34,907 nt of DNA from Vicugna vicugna (Eukaryota). The translations under genes and the position numbers were made by a program. The stretch lies in the NCBI GenBank assembly GCA_013265495.1, contig MU057448.1, positions 150,181-185,087 of the forward strand. Direction: 5' to 3'. Shown one piece after another: positions 24,554 through 34,907 of this stretch (the first letter of the stretch is position 1; every line of letters starts with the position of its first letter). The notes under the pieces were generated by a model. That model was not told the DNA's origin. It did not search any database and was given only the letters and a program-made list of their open reading frames with translations.

Positions 24554-25300
24554 CAGTTTTTCTAAAAAAATGTCAGATTTATTCTTGTGGATTTTTATCT
24601 TCCAAAGGCATTTAGAATCACTTTCTCAAGCTTCATTGAAACATCTTGTCTGGATTTTGAGGATGACTGTATTGAATTTATGGAGTTTTCAAATGCAGAA
24701 ATTTAAAAAATACCTGGTATCTTCACAATATATATAAACTTCTCATCCATGAAAATGATCTACATTTACTTTTATTTCAGTCTTTGTTTATATCTTTTCA
24801 GTGTTGCTTAGAAGCTTTCTCCAAAAGGGTTGAGCTGACTTTTTATTAGGTTTATTCTTAGGAATGCTATACTTCAGGTTACCATTTTAAAAACTGTCTT
24901 GTAATTCTAATGCTTTTCTGGTTGATTCTCCCAGATTCTCTAAGAGATAATGATAATGATAATGATGACAGTTTTGCCCTTTTCCTACACAGTATTTGTA
25001 CCTCTTATTTTTCTTGATTTACTACTAAGGCTTCAGCATAGTAATACAGAGTAATGACAATAGACAGGAATATTTACTTTTGCCTTGATTCCATTAATTA
25101 ATCATTTAGTATATTTTATCTGGTTAATTTTTGTTCTAAACTCTTTTGTGATTTTTATTAGAGTAAGTATATGTTTTCGTGTTTGCAAATGTTTTTCAGC
25201 ATGTATTGAGTAATTACATACATCTCTCCTTTAACCTGTCACTATATTAAATTATATTAATATATTTCCTGTAGTTGAATTTCTCTAGAGTTGAATCAAA
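24554..25300 (-). mobile_element. Old LINE-1 fragment
   Basis: atttagaatca, ggattttga..gtattgaatttat, ttattaggtttattctta, gcatgtattgag..at. Confidence 0.7.
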
Positions 25301-25344
25301 ATTTACAGGTTTTGAGAATAACAAGCCTAGAAATAAACCTGCAC

Positions 25345-25765
25345 ACCTTGAGGGCATTATGCTAAGTGAAGTAAATCAGCAGAGAAAGACAAATACTGTA
25401 TGATCTCACTTTTATGTGGAATCAGAAAAACCAAACTCATAGAAAGAGAACAGATTGGTGGTTAGCAGAGGCAAGAGGTGGGATAAATGTGTGAAGGTGG
25501 TCAAAAGATACAAACTTTCAGTTATAAGATACCCCAGTTCTGAGGCTGTAATGCACAGCATGGTGACTACAGTTAACAATGTGGTATGGTAGATTTGAAA
25601 GTTGCTAGGAGAGTGAAAAAAGAAAAGAGATCATCACCAGAAAAAAGATTATAACTATGTGAGTTGGTGTGTAATCATTTCACAGTATATATATATCAAA
25701 CCTTAAACTAACTAACACAAAATTATGCATCAATTGTATCTCAATAAAACTGGGTGGGGAAGAAA
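25345..25765 (+). mobile_element. L1MA9-like 3' end
   Basis: cttgagggcattatgctaagtgaa, gacaaatactgtatgatctcactt, ggtggtcaaaagatacaaactttcagttataagata, tcaataaaactggg. Confidence 0.9.
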
Positions 25766-25766
25766 G

Positions 25767-26770
25767 AAAATCAGTCGACCGTAATCCTGAGGCTTTATTT
25801 CTGGACTCTCAGTTCTGGTCCATGTAACTTTATGTCTTTCCTTATGCAGTACCACACTGTCTTAATTTTTTAGTTTTATAGTAAATCTTAAAACCATATT
25901 TTATAAGCCCTACAGTTTTGTTCCTCTTTTTTCAGATTGCTTTGTCATCTTTGTCAAGATTATTTGTGGATCCTTTGCCCAAAAAAAAAAAGAAAAGGCA
26001 TCTGGGATTTTAATGGGGATTTTCAGTGAATCTGTACATCAGTTTGGGGAATATTCTCATCTTAACAATACTGAGTCCTTCAATCCATGAACACGGTGTT
26101 ACCAAGTACAAACTCATTCTGCTCACCATGCAATAGGCCAATAAATTGGGAGACAAGTACTGGGGCAAGGAATAGAGACTTTATTAGGAAAGCCAGCAGA
26201 CTAAAGTCCTGGAGAACCATCTCCCCCAGGTCAGAATTAAGGCTCCTTTTACACTAAAAAGGGCAGGGAGTGTGGTTGGTTGTTGCAAACTTCTTGCTGT
26301 AGGAATTCTTTGTTCTTGCAGCTGTCCTCGTGGGTTAGGTCATGGTGTCCCTCTAAAACCTCTCACAAAACAAGCATTATTTTCTATTCTGCAACTTGTT
26401 ATCTTTATGTAAGTGTAAAAGTGTTAATATCCTTAAAGGTCAGAGCCTTGACAATAGGCTCTCCTGTGTATTTCAGGCTAAAGGCAACATTGTTCTACAA
26501 AAGGTGCAGAGCTGGTGAGACAGCCTAGAAAACAGGGCACAGGGTTAAAGCCAAAGGAATAGATCTAATATGGAGTCAGATTTGTTCTTTTCTATTACAA
26601 CAGGGGATAGCTTTCCACTTATTTAGATCTTTAATTTCTTTCAACAATGTTTTATCATTTTCAGAGTACATGCTTTGTACTTCTTATGTTAAGTTTATCC
26701 CTAAGTATTTTCTTTCTTTTGATGCTGCTGTGAATGGAGTTACCTTGTTAATTTTATTTTCTGGTTGTTT
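25767..26770 (-). mobile_element. LINE-1 ORF2 fragment interrupted by a solo LTR
   Basis: tttatttctggactctc, cagtaccacactgtctt, catcttaacaatactgagtc..atccatgaac, then after the LTR ttccacttatttagatc. Confidence 0.85.
26097..26599 (-). mobile_element. Solo ERV1-type LTR, copy 2
   Basis: TG...CA termini; probable 4-bp TSD acgg (26093-26096) / acag (26600-26603), differing by one CpG transition; colinear with 10131-10580. Confidence 0.88.
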
Positions 26771-27059
26771 GGTTCCTTTTGACTGGAGGGTAAGCATTTG
26801 TTCTGAGCAGGGCCAGCGGCTGGGTTTGTGAAGTTCACAAGAACGTCAGTGCAGGTGTGCACAGGCCCTGAGGCCCCAGGAGCCCCCAGGTCTCATCGCT
26901 TTCTGATGGTGACCAGAGGCAGGTTCTGGGCAGCTTTGTTTATTTTTGGTTTTTGTTCTTACTTCTCTGTGATGTGAATGTCCAAGAATACAGAGGGAAA
27001 GAGACCCGTCCTGGCCCCCCGGGGCAGAACACTCATCTTCCTCACCTGCGGCTTTCCAA

Positions 27060-29040
27060 CTGCTTCTCCAGCCCCGCACCTCTAGAGGCAAATCCAAGAC
27101 AACAAAGCACTTCCTTTGATATTTCCCACTTGTCTATACAAGATAAGGGACCTTTGTAAACATAGCCATGATACCATTACCCCAAAAAGCCCACGAGTAC
27201 ACACACATTCCCTAAGATTGAACATCTGCTCATTGTTCACATGTGCCCAGTTGGCTCCTTTTCACCAGTGGTTTATTTTCCAGGTTTGTTTTCTTCAGGG
27301 TCCACATACTTCCCATGCACTGCAGTTGGCCCACGTGCCTCTCCTGCATCTCCTTCATCCCTGTGTTGTCACTCTTGTTATTTACCGTGTCCTCTGCCCC
27401 TGGTGTATCTTCCTGTGTGCTGCCAGGTCAGAGGCTAGGTGAAACCACACTCCCGTTCTCCTGGCCCCTTCAGCAATGTGGCAGCTGTGCTGAGGGTGGC
27501 AGGGGTCCAGCTGGCTCTCTGGGGTGTGGGTGGCAGCATCTCCACCAGGATGCATGACTTCGCCAGGGCTCAGTCCAGTGGTCCTCTCAGCTCCTCCTCA
27601 GCTGATTGCTCTGTGGTCCTGTTCTACCTGGAGACACACAGCCAGGATTCCTTTGCTTTATGTCTCAGCTGTTAAAACTGATTCCGTCATTCTCTAAAGT
27701 ATTTCTAATTACTATTTTGAAGTCCATCTACTTTAGCTTCTTTCTGTCTTTTTCTTTTTTCTCCCATGCTTGAAGTCTGGTTCCTAACGACTCCAGCATA
27801 TTTTGAATTGATGCCTCAATGTGCATTCAGCAATCTTAAAATAGCAGCACTGGCCCCAATGACAATGTAATTACTAGAAATTCAGATTTACTCTACCGTT
27901 AGTTTTGCCCTTAGGTTTCTTTCGCTAGGGATGTTAAATCAAATCATTGTTTTTCAAAGTCACTGAAGTGGCTTATTTTATGCTGATCTCAGCCGATAGA
28001 TAGTCTGGAACTGTGCCGCTGAGGCAGTCCCCACAGACGTCCCCCCCCCGAACCACACCGGAGCCAGCGCTGCGGTTGGACTGGCCCTTGTGATTCTTAT
28101 CGTGATTGAAAGGCCCTCAGCAATGGCCATCAGAGAACTTTGGGAAAAATAATTTATGACTCACAGGTCCTAGATGGTACACAGCAAGCCTGTGAGGTCC
28201 TAGGTAGAGAGAGAGGGAAGGAGGCAGCACGAACCTGGGGTCCTGCCTGCTGGGGTGGAGGGGAGTGCTAAAGGTGGCATGGGCTCACTCTCTGTTGGTG
28301 AATTTAAAACATAGGAGCAGAAATTAGGGCACAGAAGGGAAAAGCAGAGGCCACAGTTACCTGTGTCACTGTGGGCTTTCTACAAGGGGAGCTTCATGGG
28401 TGGGTGAGTACGTATGTTTATTCCAAATGGGTGTCTTTGAAATGGACACCTGGGCAACCAAAATCTTCATGCTGGGCCCTTATGCTACGTGGCTCCTGTG
28501 TGTGGTCATGATGCCAGCTCAGGACTGCATAGTTCAGTTCATTGTTTCATTTTGCTTTTGAGTTTTGGGGATCACTTTTTCCCCCAATTGAGTTATATGT
28601 CATGATATACAAACTGTTTATGTGGTTCCAAAGCCAGATGTATCAAAGGAGGTATATTCAAAGAAGTCTGCCTTCCCCCTCAACCCTACGCCTTCCTGGC
28701 TTGTAGATAAACATTCTTAAATCTAAGTTTTCATTATTTGATGTAAGCAAATACACATGGTGTGCCCAGTTTCCATTATTAGCCATGTGGAAATGTACCA
28801 TGCACACATTTCTCTCAGGACCGTGTCTGGAAACCACTCCAGCGTGGCCTGTGCTGGCCTTTCTCTGTGCTTTGAGCTATGGTCCACCTACCTTTTAACA
28901 CAGTGAAAAGTCTGGTGTTCACATCATTTCCTATGTTTGTGAGTGTACAGAGTGGGGTAGGCTCCTAGAGGGGTTGACATGGGTGGTTCCCTGCGCATGG
29001 GCAACTATGAATACCTATGTATTGCTTGTTACAATTCATA
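27060..29040 (-). mobile_element. Degraded L1MC4/L1MC5-like 3' region split by an LTR
   Basis: caagataagggac..aaacatagccatgataccatta and gtggttccaaag..aggtatattcaaagaagtct resemble antisense L1MC4/5 3'UTR. Confidence 0.5.
28012..28490 (-). mobile_element. ERVL-class solo LTR (MER74/MER54-like group)
   Basis: Starts tgtgcc; contains aatttatgactcacaggtcctaga and ttggtgaatttaaaacatagg, motifs I associate with this LTR group. Confidence 0.6.
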
Positions 29041-29094
29041 ATGAAGATAATGATGATAAAGAATTCACATGCAGCACCAGGTAGTTATTTTTTA

Positions 29095-29230
29095 AATGAT
29101 TATTTTAAGTAAACTCTTTCATTGAAATATGCATACAGAAAAGTTCACAAGTCATATATGCTCTGTTTCATGAAGTTTTGCAAAGGATCCCTTACCTGTA
29201 ATCAGTAACAAAATCAATGAATAGAATATA
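29095..29230 (-). mobile_element. L1M 3' end fragment
   Basis: ttcattgaaat..catacagaaaagttcaca..aaatcaatgaatagaatat. Confidence 0.6.
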
Positions 29231-30169
29231 AAATGGACATGTTTTTATTCTGTTATGGAGAAGTGTCTGACATGAAATTTTTGGCGTTTATTTTTTCATT
29301 CTGCAAAATACCCTAAAAAGAAATCAATGTAAGCAATTAGCCACACTACCAAAAAACAAAAGGGATTTCAGTAACAGAATACATTATGGATGAATGTTTT
29401 TTCTATTGATTTTTATGAAAATTATTTCTTTGAAGATAGCCAGATTATAACAATTCTGTAATATACAGCTATGCTAACTTTTGAAGGAGAAAATGTACAT
29501 TGTCTTGGTAAAACTCATACTGTGTATTTTTGTTTGTTTGGTTGATTTTATATTAAATTTCCAAAAGATAGAGAATGCCTCACAGGAGAAATATTTCTCT
29601 CTGTAGATTCCATACTTAAAGTGTCACTTCTAAATTTTGCATCTACTGTACTTCAGTGCAGTGAGATGCTTCTATGTCACATGGTCAGAGGGAGGCAGAT
29701 TAATGGGGCGTTCTAGCTGGAAATCTCTTCCCTGTTGTTGTCCTCCACAGCAGGTGATGGCTGAGTTAATTCTCATTAGTTTTGTCATGCCCAATAGCAC
29801 ACATCACCAAGCAATGGTAAGGAGGGAGAAAAGAAGCAATGGTGTCCATCAAAGTCTTAAAATTGCATTTTTTTTTAATTTTTAAACTTTACCTTGACCT
29901 GATGTGTCATTCAAAAAAAGAAATGTTCAATATGTCCTGAAGCTATCAGTTTTGAATTAAACTGGGTGAAGTAGAAGTATTTTATTCATCAGCTTTGCAG
30001 TCACAGTTTGCCTCAGCTAGAACAGAACTGCTGAGGCTTTTAGAGAAAATTAACCCCCCAGTCCTGGTGGCCAGATGTGACTGGTTTCTGATGAAGCATA
30101 TGAATCAGCTGAGAAATCAGGAGCCTGTGAATTCCTGTCAGCACCGTGCAGTGCAGAGTGGGCTAATGA

Positions 30170-30395
30170 CTGCTTTCTATAGCTTTGCCAACAGCCCCAC
30201 GAGTGATCTTGGAAGTACACTCTTCAGCCTGTTCGGATGTGATTCACCCTGAACAGCCTTGTGGGAGGCCCTGAGCCAAAACCACCCAGCTAAACAGCTC
30301 CTAGTTCTTGACCCTCAGAAACTTTCTGAGAAAATACATGCTTTGGTTTAAGCTGCTAAGACTTGGCACAATTTGTCATGCAGCAATAGTAACAA
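30170..30395 (+). mobile_element. MLT1E/F-like MaLR LTR, 3' half
   Basis: tgccaacagcc..gagtgatcttggaag, ccctgagccaaaaccacccagctaa, tttaagctgctaag..aatttgtcatgcagcaatag. Confidence 0.85.
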
Positions 30396-30659
30396 TGAGT
30401 TCTTAACTCTCTTCTTTTCCTCTCTTTGCCTAGGAAGGCAAAAACTTACCATCCCTGCTTTCTGAATGTGAGGCAACACTGCTCCCCTAATTCACTGCTT
30501 GGTATAAGACTGAAACTGCAAATGATTTATTAGTAGGAAGAGGGTGGTTAATAAATATGTATTGACTGATGGAATATAGTTTGTACCATCTAGGATCTTA
30601 TTACTTTAACTGAAGACAGTACAGAGGAACTAGAATTTAATAGTTCCAAAAATTTAAAA

Positions 30660-32125
30660 ACGGTTCATTATCAACAAATAGTTCATGTAACACATCCATA
30701 TGTTAAAGAAGAAATAATCATCCCCAAAAGAAGTTGATATGAATCAACACTGAACAGAAGCAATCAACAATGAAATAATTATCTTGCCAAACTGGAAAGG
30801 AACAAAGAAAATTTCTTTAACCTGATAGATGGTATAAACCAAAAATTTCCAACAAATATTTTACTAAATAGAGATAATTTAGACACATTTTTATGCATGT
30901 CAAGGCAAAATAAAGTGAGGATTTCAGGAATCAATACCTCTGTTTAAAATTTTACTGGCCAAGGCAATAAGGAAATAAAAGAAGAGAAGATACATATGAG
31001 AGGAAGAATATCTACATCAAAAATTTAATAGACTCTACAAACCTACAACAGGAGGTGATGAGAGTTTAGGAACTTCTTTGCCTATAAGATCAGCACTGAA
31101 AAAAATAGTATTTAAAAAATTAGTAATAACCAATTTTGAATTGTAATTTAAAAAATCCCATTCATAATCACAATGCAAAATGTAAAATACCTAGGTTTCA
31201 ATCTATTAAAGAATATGTAGGATTTTATACAGAAAATTAAAAAACACTTTTGGAAAACAACATAAGGATGGATAATGGAGAGAAGTAAAATGTCTACAAG
31301 TGGGAAGACAGGACTATGGGCATTTCAGTATTTCACATAGTAGTCTATAATCTCACCAGGGTTCATGAAATGTGATCTAAAATTCATGCAGAAGAACAAA
31401 GGATTTGGAAGAGCTAAGGCAACTGTAAAATAGGAGAATGAGCTCAAGGAACTTGCCATGCAATATATAAAATCTGTCTTACAGCTGTAGGAACTAAGAG
31501 TAATACCAGCATCAGAATAGATCAACATCATTTGATCATAAAAGAGAGCTGCACCACAGAGACAGTTGTGGAAAACGTAGAAATTTGAAATATGACAGAG
31601 ATAGTATTCAAATCAGTGGAGAAATGATAGCAAAATTGGTTTACCCTGTATAAGAATCTAACAGAAAATTAGATCTTTGACTCACAATACACATTAAAAT
31701 AAAAGCAAGGTAGATTAAAATGAGAAAAGCTAAACTTTAAGATTACTGCATAAAAATGACAGAATGACTTTATGACTCTTATGTGGAGAAGGATTTTTAA
31801 ACTAAATATTGAAATAATAAATTCTAATGGAAAGGATTGATTAATTACATTCAACTTTTTAAAAAATTTAGAGTAATAAAATAAACCACAGGCTTAGAGA
31901 AGATATTAGCAATACTTATAGATTACAAGGATTAAATTCTTTATCATAGAAAGAGCCCCTAGGAATAAATAAGAGAAATAGTACCAACAGTGAACCAGGA
32001 AAATGGGTAAATGATACAAATAGGCAATTCACAGAAAAGGAGAGCTATCTGGTCTATAAACATTTAAAAACATGTTCAGTCTTTAGTAGAGAACAAATAA
32101 ATATACTTCACACTCAGCAGACTGT
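30660..32125 (+). mobile_element. Old degraded LINE-1 ORF2 region
   Basis: A-rich strand with ctttaacctgata, aaaatacctagg, ctaaaattcatgcagaagaacaaagg, caaataggcaattcacagaa. Confidence 0.8.
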
Positions 32126-32129
32126 CAAT

Positions 32130-32321
32130 TATTTTTTTAAACTTTTTTTTATTGAATTATAGTCATTTTACAATGTTGTGTCAAATTCCAGTGTAGAGCA
32201 AATTTTTCAGCATGAACATACGTATATTCATTGCCACATTTCTTTTTTGCTGTGAGCTACCACAAGATCTTGTATATATTTCCCTGTGCTGTACAGTATC
32301 TATTCTGCATATGCCTGTCAG
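32130..32321 (-). mobile_element. Lineage-specific L1 3' end (same family as 11689-12490)
   Basis: Aligns by eye to 11689-11891 (cattttacaa, tccagtgtagagca, gagctacca.aagatcttgtatatattt, ctattctgcatatgcctgtcag). Confidence 0.92.
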
Positions 32322-32499
32322 GTACTAACAGAGCATGGGTATTCCTGGGACAAGCAGAGCATCCTAGGAGACTCAACTGGCTACACAGGAGCTGCAGTCA
32401 AGACATGGTGATTTACCATCACTGTGATTCAAGCTGCAGGTCCTTTATGGCAGAGGTCACATGTCTTATACAGCTGTCATCTTTAAAAAAGAAAAAAAA

Positions 32500-32595
32500 C
32501 TTAAAAAAATGTAAAGACCCTTCTCAGTCACAGAGGCCTTACAAGAATAGGTTTGGCCTGGATTTGGCCCTCAGGTGGTTCATCTGTAACCTCTG
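32500..32595 (+). mobile_element. MER58-like hAT-Charlie element, one end
   Basis: aaatgtaaagacccttctcag..ggatttggccc..aacctctg resembles the MER58 terminus. Confidence 0.65.
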
Positions 32596-32619
32596 TAAGA
32601 TACACGCAGACATACCCCG

Positions 32620-32658
32620 CCCCAGGCTGGTTGTGAAGCACTTACCAACACACCACTG
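32620..32658. mobile_element. Possible MER63-like hAT terminus
   Basis: ggttgtgaagcacttaccaacacaccactg. Confidence 0.4.
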
Positions 32659-32832
32659 CTCCCAGACAATTTGTTTCTAGTTCCGTATTTGTGAGAAGCA
32701 TTGGCCAACAGAACTCCCTGGGCTGATGGCAAAGGTCTACCCCTGTGCTGACCAACACGGCATCCCTAAGTATTAGACATCTGAGATGTGGCTATTCTAC
32801 CAAGGAAATCAATTGCATTTATAAATGAATTT

Positions 32833-32994
32833 AGGAAAAAGAAATAAAAGGGACCCAATCTAGAAGAGAAGAGGTGAAACTGTCCGTGTATGTGGATGAC
32901 ATGACACTCTCTACAGAAAACCCTAAAGGATCCACACAAAAATTACTAGAGCTGATAAAAGAACTCAGCAAGGTTAATATGCGGAAATCAGCTG
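32833..32994 (+). mobile_element. Isolated L1 ORF2 reverse-transcriptase fragment
   Basis: Translates [36 protein letters not shown], matching the L1 RT (F/Y)ADD region (KLSLFADDMI.Y.ENP). Confidence 0.93.
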
Positions 32995-33572
32995 TCAACG
33001 AATTGAGATGTCACCATCCACATGTGGAAAAGGGTAGTTTCAGGCATTTGGGCCCACGTGGTGGAGACTGTTGTTGGCGGCGTCTCTGGATGGATACAAG
33101 GAGCACTATAACTACCAGGAGGGCCATCCAGGAGACGCTGGCCTGGCCGCCCCTTCCGGCTGCCAAGGTTTGCTCTCCTCGCGGTGGGCGCTGGTGCTGA
33201 TGCTTCTCGCCAGCTCTGTCTGAATATCCCTGAGCAGTGGAGCCGCCTGGAGCTGCTGTGTTCAAAGAACAGAAAAACCCAGGGTCATGGTGTGTGTTTA
33301 GTCACCAAACACAATCTCAAGAAGGATGAACAATGCTAATGATGACTGTGGGCTGAATGCTATCTCCGCAAGTCAATGACTGCAAAAAACTTGTAAACAG
33401 CTTCCACATTCACTTTAAGAAGAACAAAATATAAGACACAACGTTCATAAAACCAATTCAAATATTAAAATGAACCTACCTAGTTACTAGATCCATGGTC
33501 ATTAAAAAAGAAACAATCAACTGTATTGTAATGAGAAAATGAAAACCTAAAGAAAAAATTGCAGAGACGGAG

Positions 33573-33582
33573 AAGATGGCGG
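33573..33582 (+). promoter_or_regulatory. YY1 binding motif at the L1 internal promoter
   Basis: AAGATGGCGG about 10 nt from the L1 5' end, the conserved position of the L1 YY1 site. Confidence 0.85.
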
Positions 33583-34399
33583 AGTATAAGGACGCTCGTA
33601 AGTCACCCTCTCCCACAAATACACCAAGACCCACATCTACAGACCCACTCAGCCAACCAGAGAACCTGCGGAACTCCGACAGAACATCGCCCTCTTCAAA
33701 AGATAAAGACGCCAAAAATCTGGTAGGAGAAAAGGAAAAAAGAAAGAACAAAAGGCAAAGCAGCGCGGGACGGGTCCCGCGGGGAGGGAGCGGCAAAGGA
33801 GGACTGGCGCTCGCTCGCTGGGTCTCCCCCCTCCAACTGAGAGGCCAGCGGGACGGAGGGGGAGCCTCCGAGGCTCGGATCTGTACAGAGCAGCCCTTGT
33901 CTGACAGAACTAAGTTAAACGGGCACAGAGCGTCCCCCCGACACCCAGCCTGAGACGCGGGCCGGCAGCGGCGGGCAGGGCCAGGCTGCACAAGCCGGGC
34001 GGAGGACGGGGGCGGCTGCACGGAGGCAGCTCCGGGGGACTGCAAGGGGCTGGGCGCCGTGGCTGTGGGTGTACAGGACAGAACAACCTGGGCCCTCCAT
34101 AAAACTGCAAGGTTGATGTGCTCTCGGGGGAAGGGTGCATACCCCCATCTCTGAAAATCCGCGGAAAATTTTCAGGGGAAGAGAGGTGGGGCTCAGGCAC
34201 AGCTGCCATATTCTATGGCGCTGAGCACCCAGGTGGGGGTGGGGGCGAAATCTGCATCCACACTGAAGGGCTCAGCAGCCTCAAGGGCCAGACAGACTCG
34301 CCTACAGCCCGGGGGAGATAGGATCCTTCCATCCTGGTCCCTCAGAAAACTTGCTCCACAAAGACAAACAAGGAGCTGGGTCTTGGCTCGGAGCAGGGA

Positions 34400-34855
34400 N
34401 NNNNNNNNNNNNNNNNNNNNNNNNNNNNNNNNNNNNNNNNNNNNNNNNNNNNNNNNNNNNNNNNNNNNNNNNNNNNNNNNNNNNNNNNNNNNNNNNNNNN
34501 NNNNNNNNNNNNNNNNNNNNNNNNNNNNNNNNNNNNNNNNNNNNNNNNNNNNNNNNNNNNNNNNNNNNNNNNNNNNNNNNNNNNNNNNNNNNNNNNNNNN
34601 NNNNNNNNNNNNNNNNNNNNNNNNNNNNNNNNNNNNNNNNNNNNNNNNNNNNNNNNNNNNNNNNNNNNNNNNNNNNNNNNNNNNNNNNNNNNNNNNNNNN
34701 NNNNNNNNNNNNNNNNNNNNNNNNNNNNNNNNNNNNNNNNNNNNNNNNNNNNNNNNNNNNNNNNNNNNNNNNNNNNNNNNNNNNNNNNNNNNNNNNNNNN
34801 NNNNNNNNNNNNNNNNNNNNNNNNNNNNNNNNNNNNNNNNNNNNNNNNNNNNNNN
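34400..34855. other. Assembly gap
   Basis: Run of N. Confidence 1.
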
Positions 34856-34907
34856 GCCCACCTTTTTTTTTAAAGGTTTTAAAAGGACGTCTCATCCCGA
34901 TTAATAC

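Larger units (their letters stand above)
33564..34907 (+). mobile_element. 5'UTR of a young, possibly full-length LINE-1 (interrupted by a gap, runs off the window)
   Basis: A-rich target-like flank (aaagaaaaaattgca), then gagacggagAAGATGGCGGagtataagg, an abrupt switch to GC/CpG-rich sequence, and tcaccctctcccacaaatacaccaa as in laurasiatherian L1 5' ends. Assignment of the 52 bp after the gap is an inference. Confidence 0.85.

Noticed and set aside
24165..24737. 190-aa ORF
   Set aside because: Open only because it spans the N gap.
10131..26599. One 16-kb provirus bounded by the two similar LTRs
   Set aside because: The interior is old L1, MIR, MLT and unique DNA with no gag/pol/env; copy 2 has its own TSD and the host L1 resumes around each copy.
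25310..26770. Twin-primed (inverted) L1 formed by the adjacent plus- and minus-strand L1 pieces
   Set aside because: The inverted piece lies downstream of the 3' end instead of upstream, and no TSD is visible; separate insertions are simpler.
32874..33200. 108-aa ORF as a novel RT-fusion protein
   Set aside because: GTG start and only about 35 codons of L1 RT, followed by read-through into unrelated sequence.
33038..33223. Plus-strand frame ending ...SGCQGLLSSRWALVLMLLASSV*, like a GPI-anchor signal
   Set aside because: No convincing polypyrimidine tract or start codon and no protein I recognise; the minus strand has the better acceptor. BLASTX would settle it.
34193..34904. ORFs of 197-229 aa
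   Set aside because: Artefacts of the N run.
1..34907. CRISPR array, operon or other prokaryote-type system
   Set aside because: No regularly spaced repeats and no dense coding; the DNA is mammalian and repeat-rich.

Overview
Eutherian mammal genomic DNA, most likely a camelid (camel/llama/alpaca), judged from a vic-1-like tRNA-derived SINE and the L1 3'UTR type. The window is AT-rich, repeat-dense and apparently intergenic or deep intronic, with two assembly gaps (24280-24553, 34400-34855). I recognise no host protein-coding gene, RNA gene or CRISPR array. The long ORFs either span N-runs or lie in repeats; the only protein motifs I recognise are L1 ORF2p remnants. Content: many old L1, L2 and MIR fragments; a MER44/Tigger7 DNA transposon; a MaLR (MLT1I-like) provirus with both LTRs and nested insertions; two solo ERV1-type LTRs of one family; a lineage-specific 5'-truncated L1 with a 13-bp TSD; and a CpG-rich young L1 5'UTR at the right edge. 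Best leads: a perfect 20-bp inverted repeat at 22434-22493, and the L1 promoter next to an exon-like GC-rich segment. I see no evidence of a new multi-gene system. Repeat subfamily names come from memory of consensus sequences and need Dfam/RepeatMasker confirmation; boundaries of old repeats are approximate.
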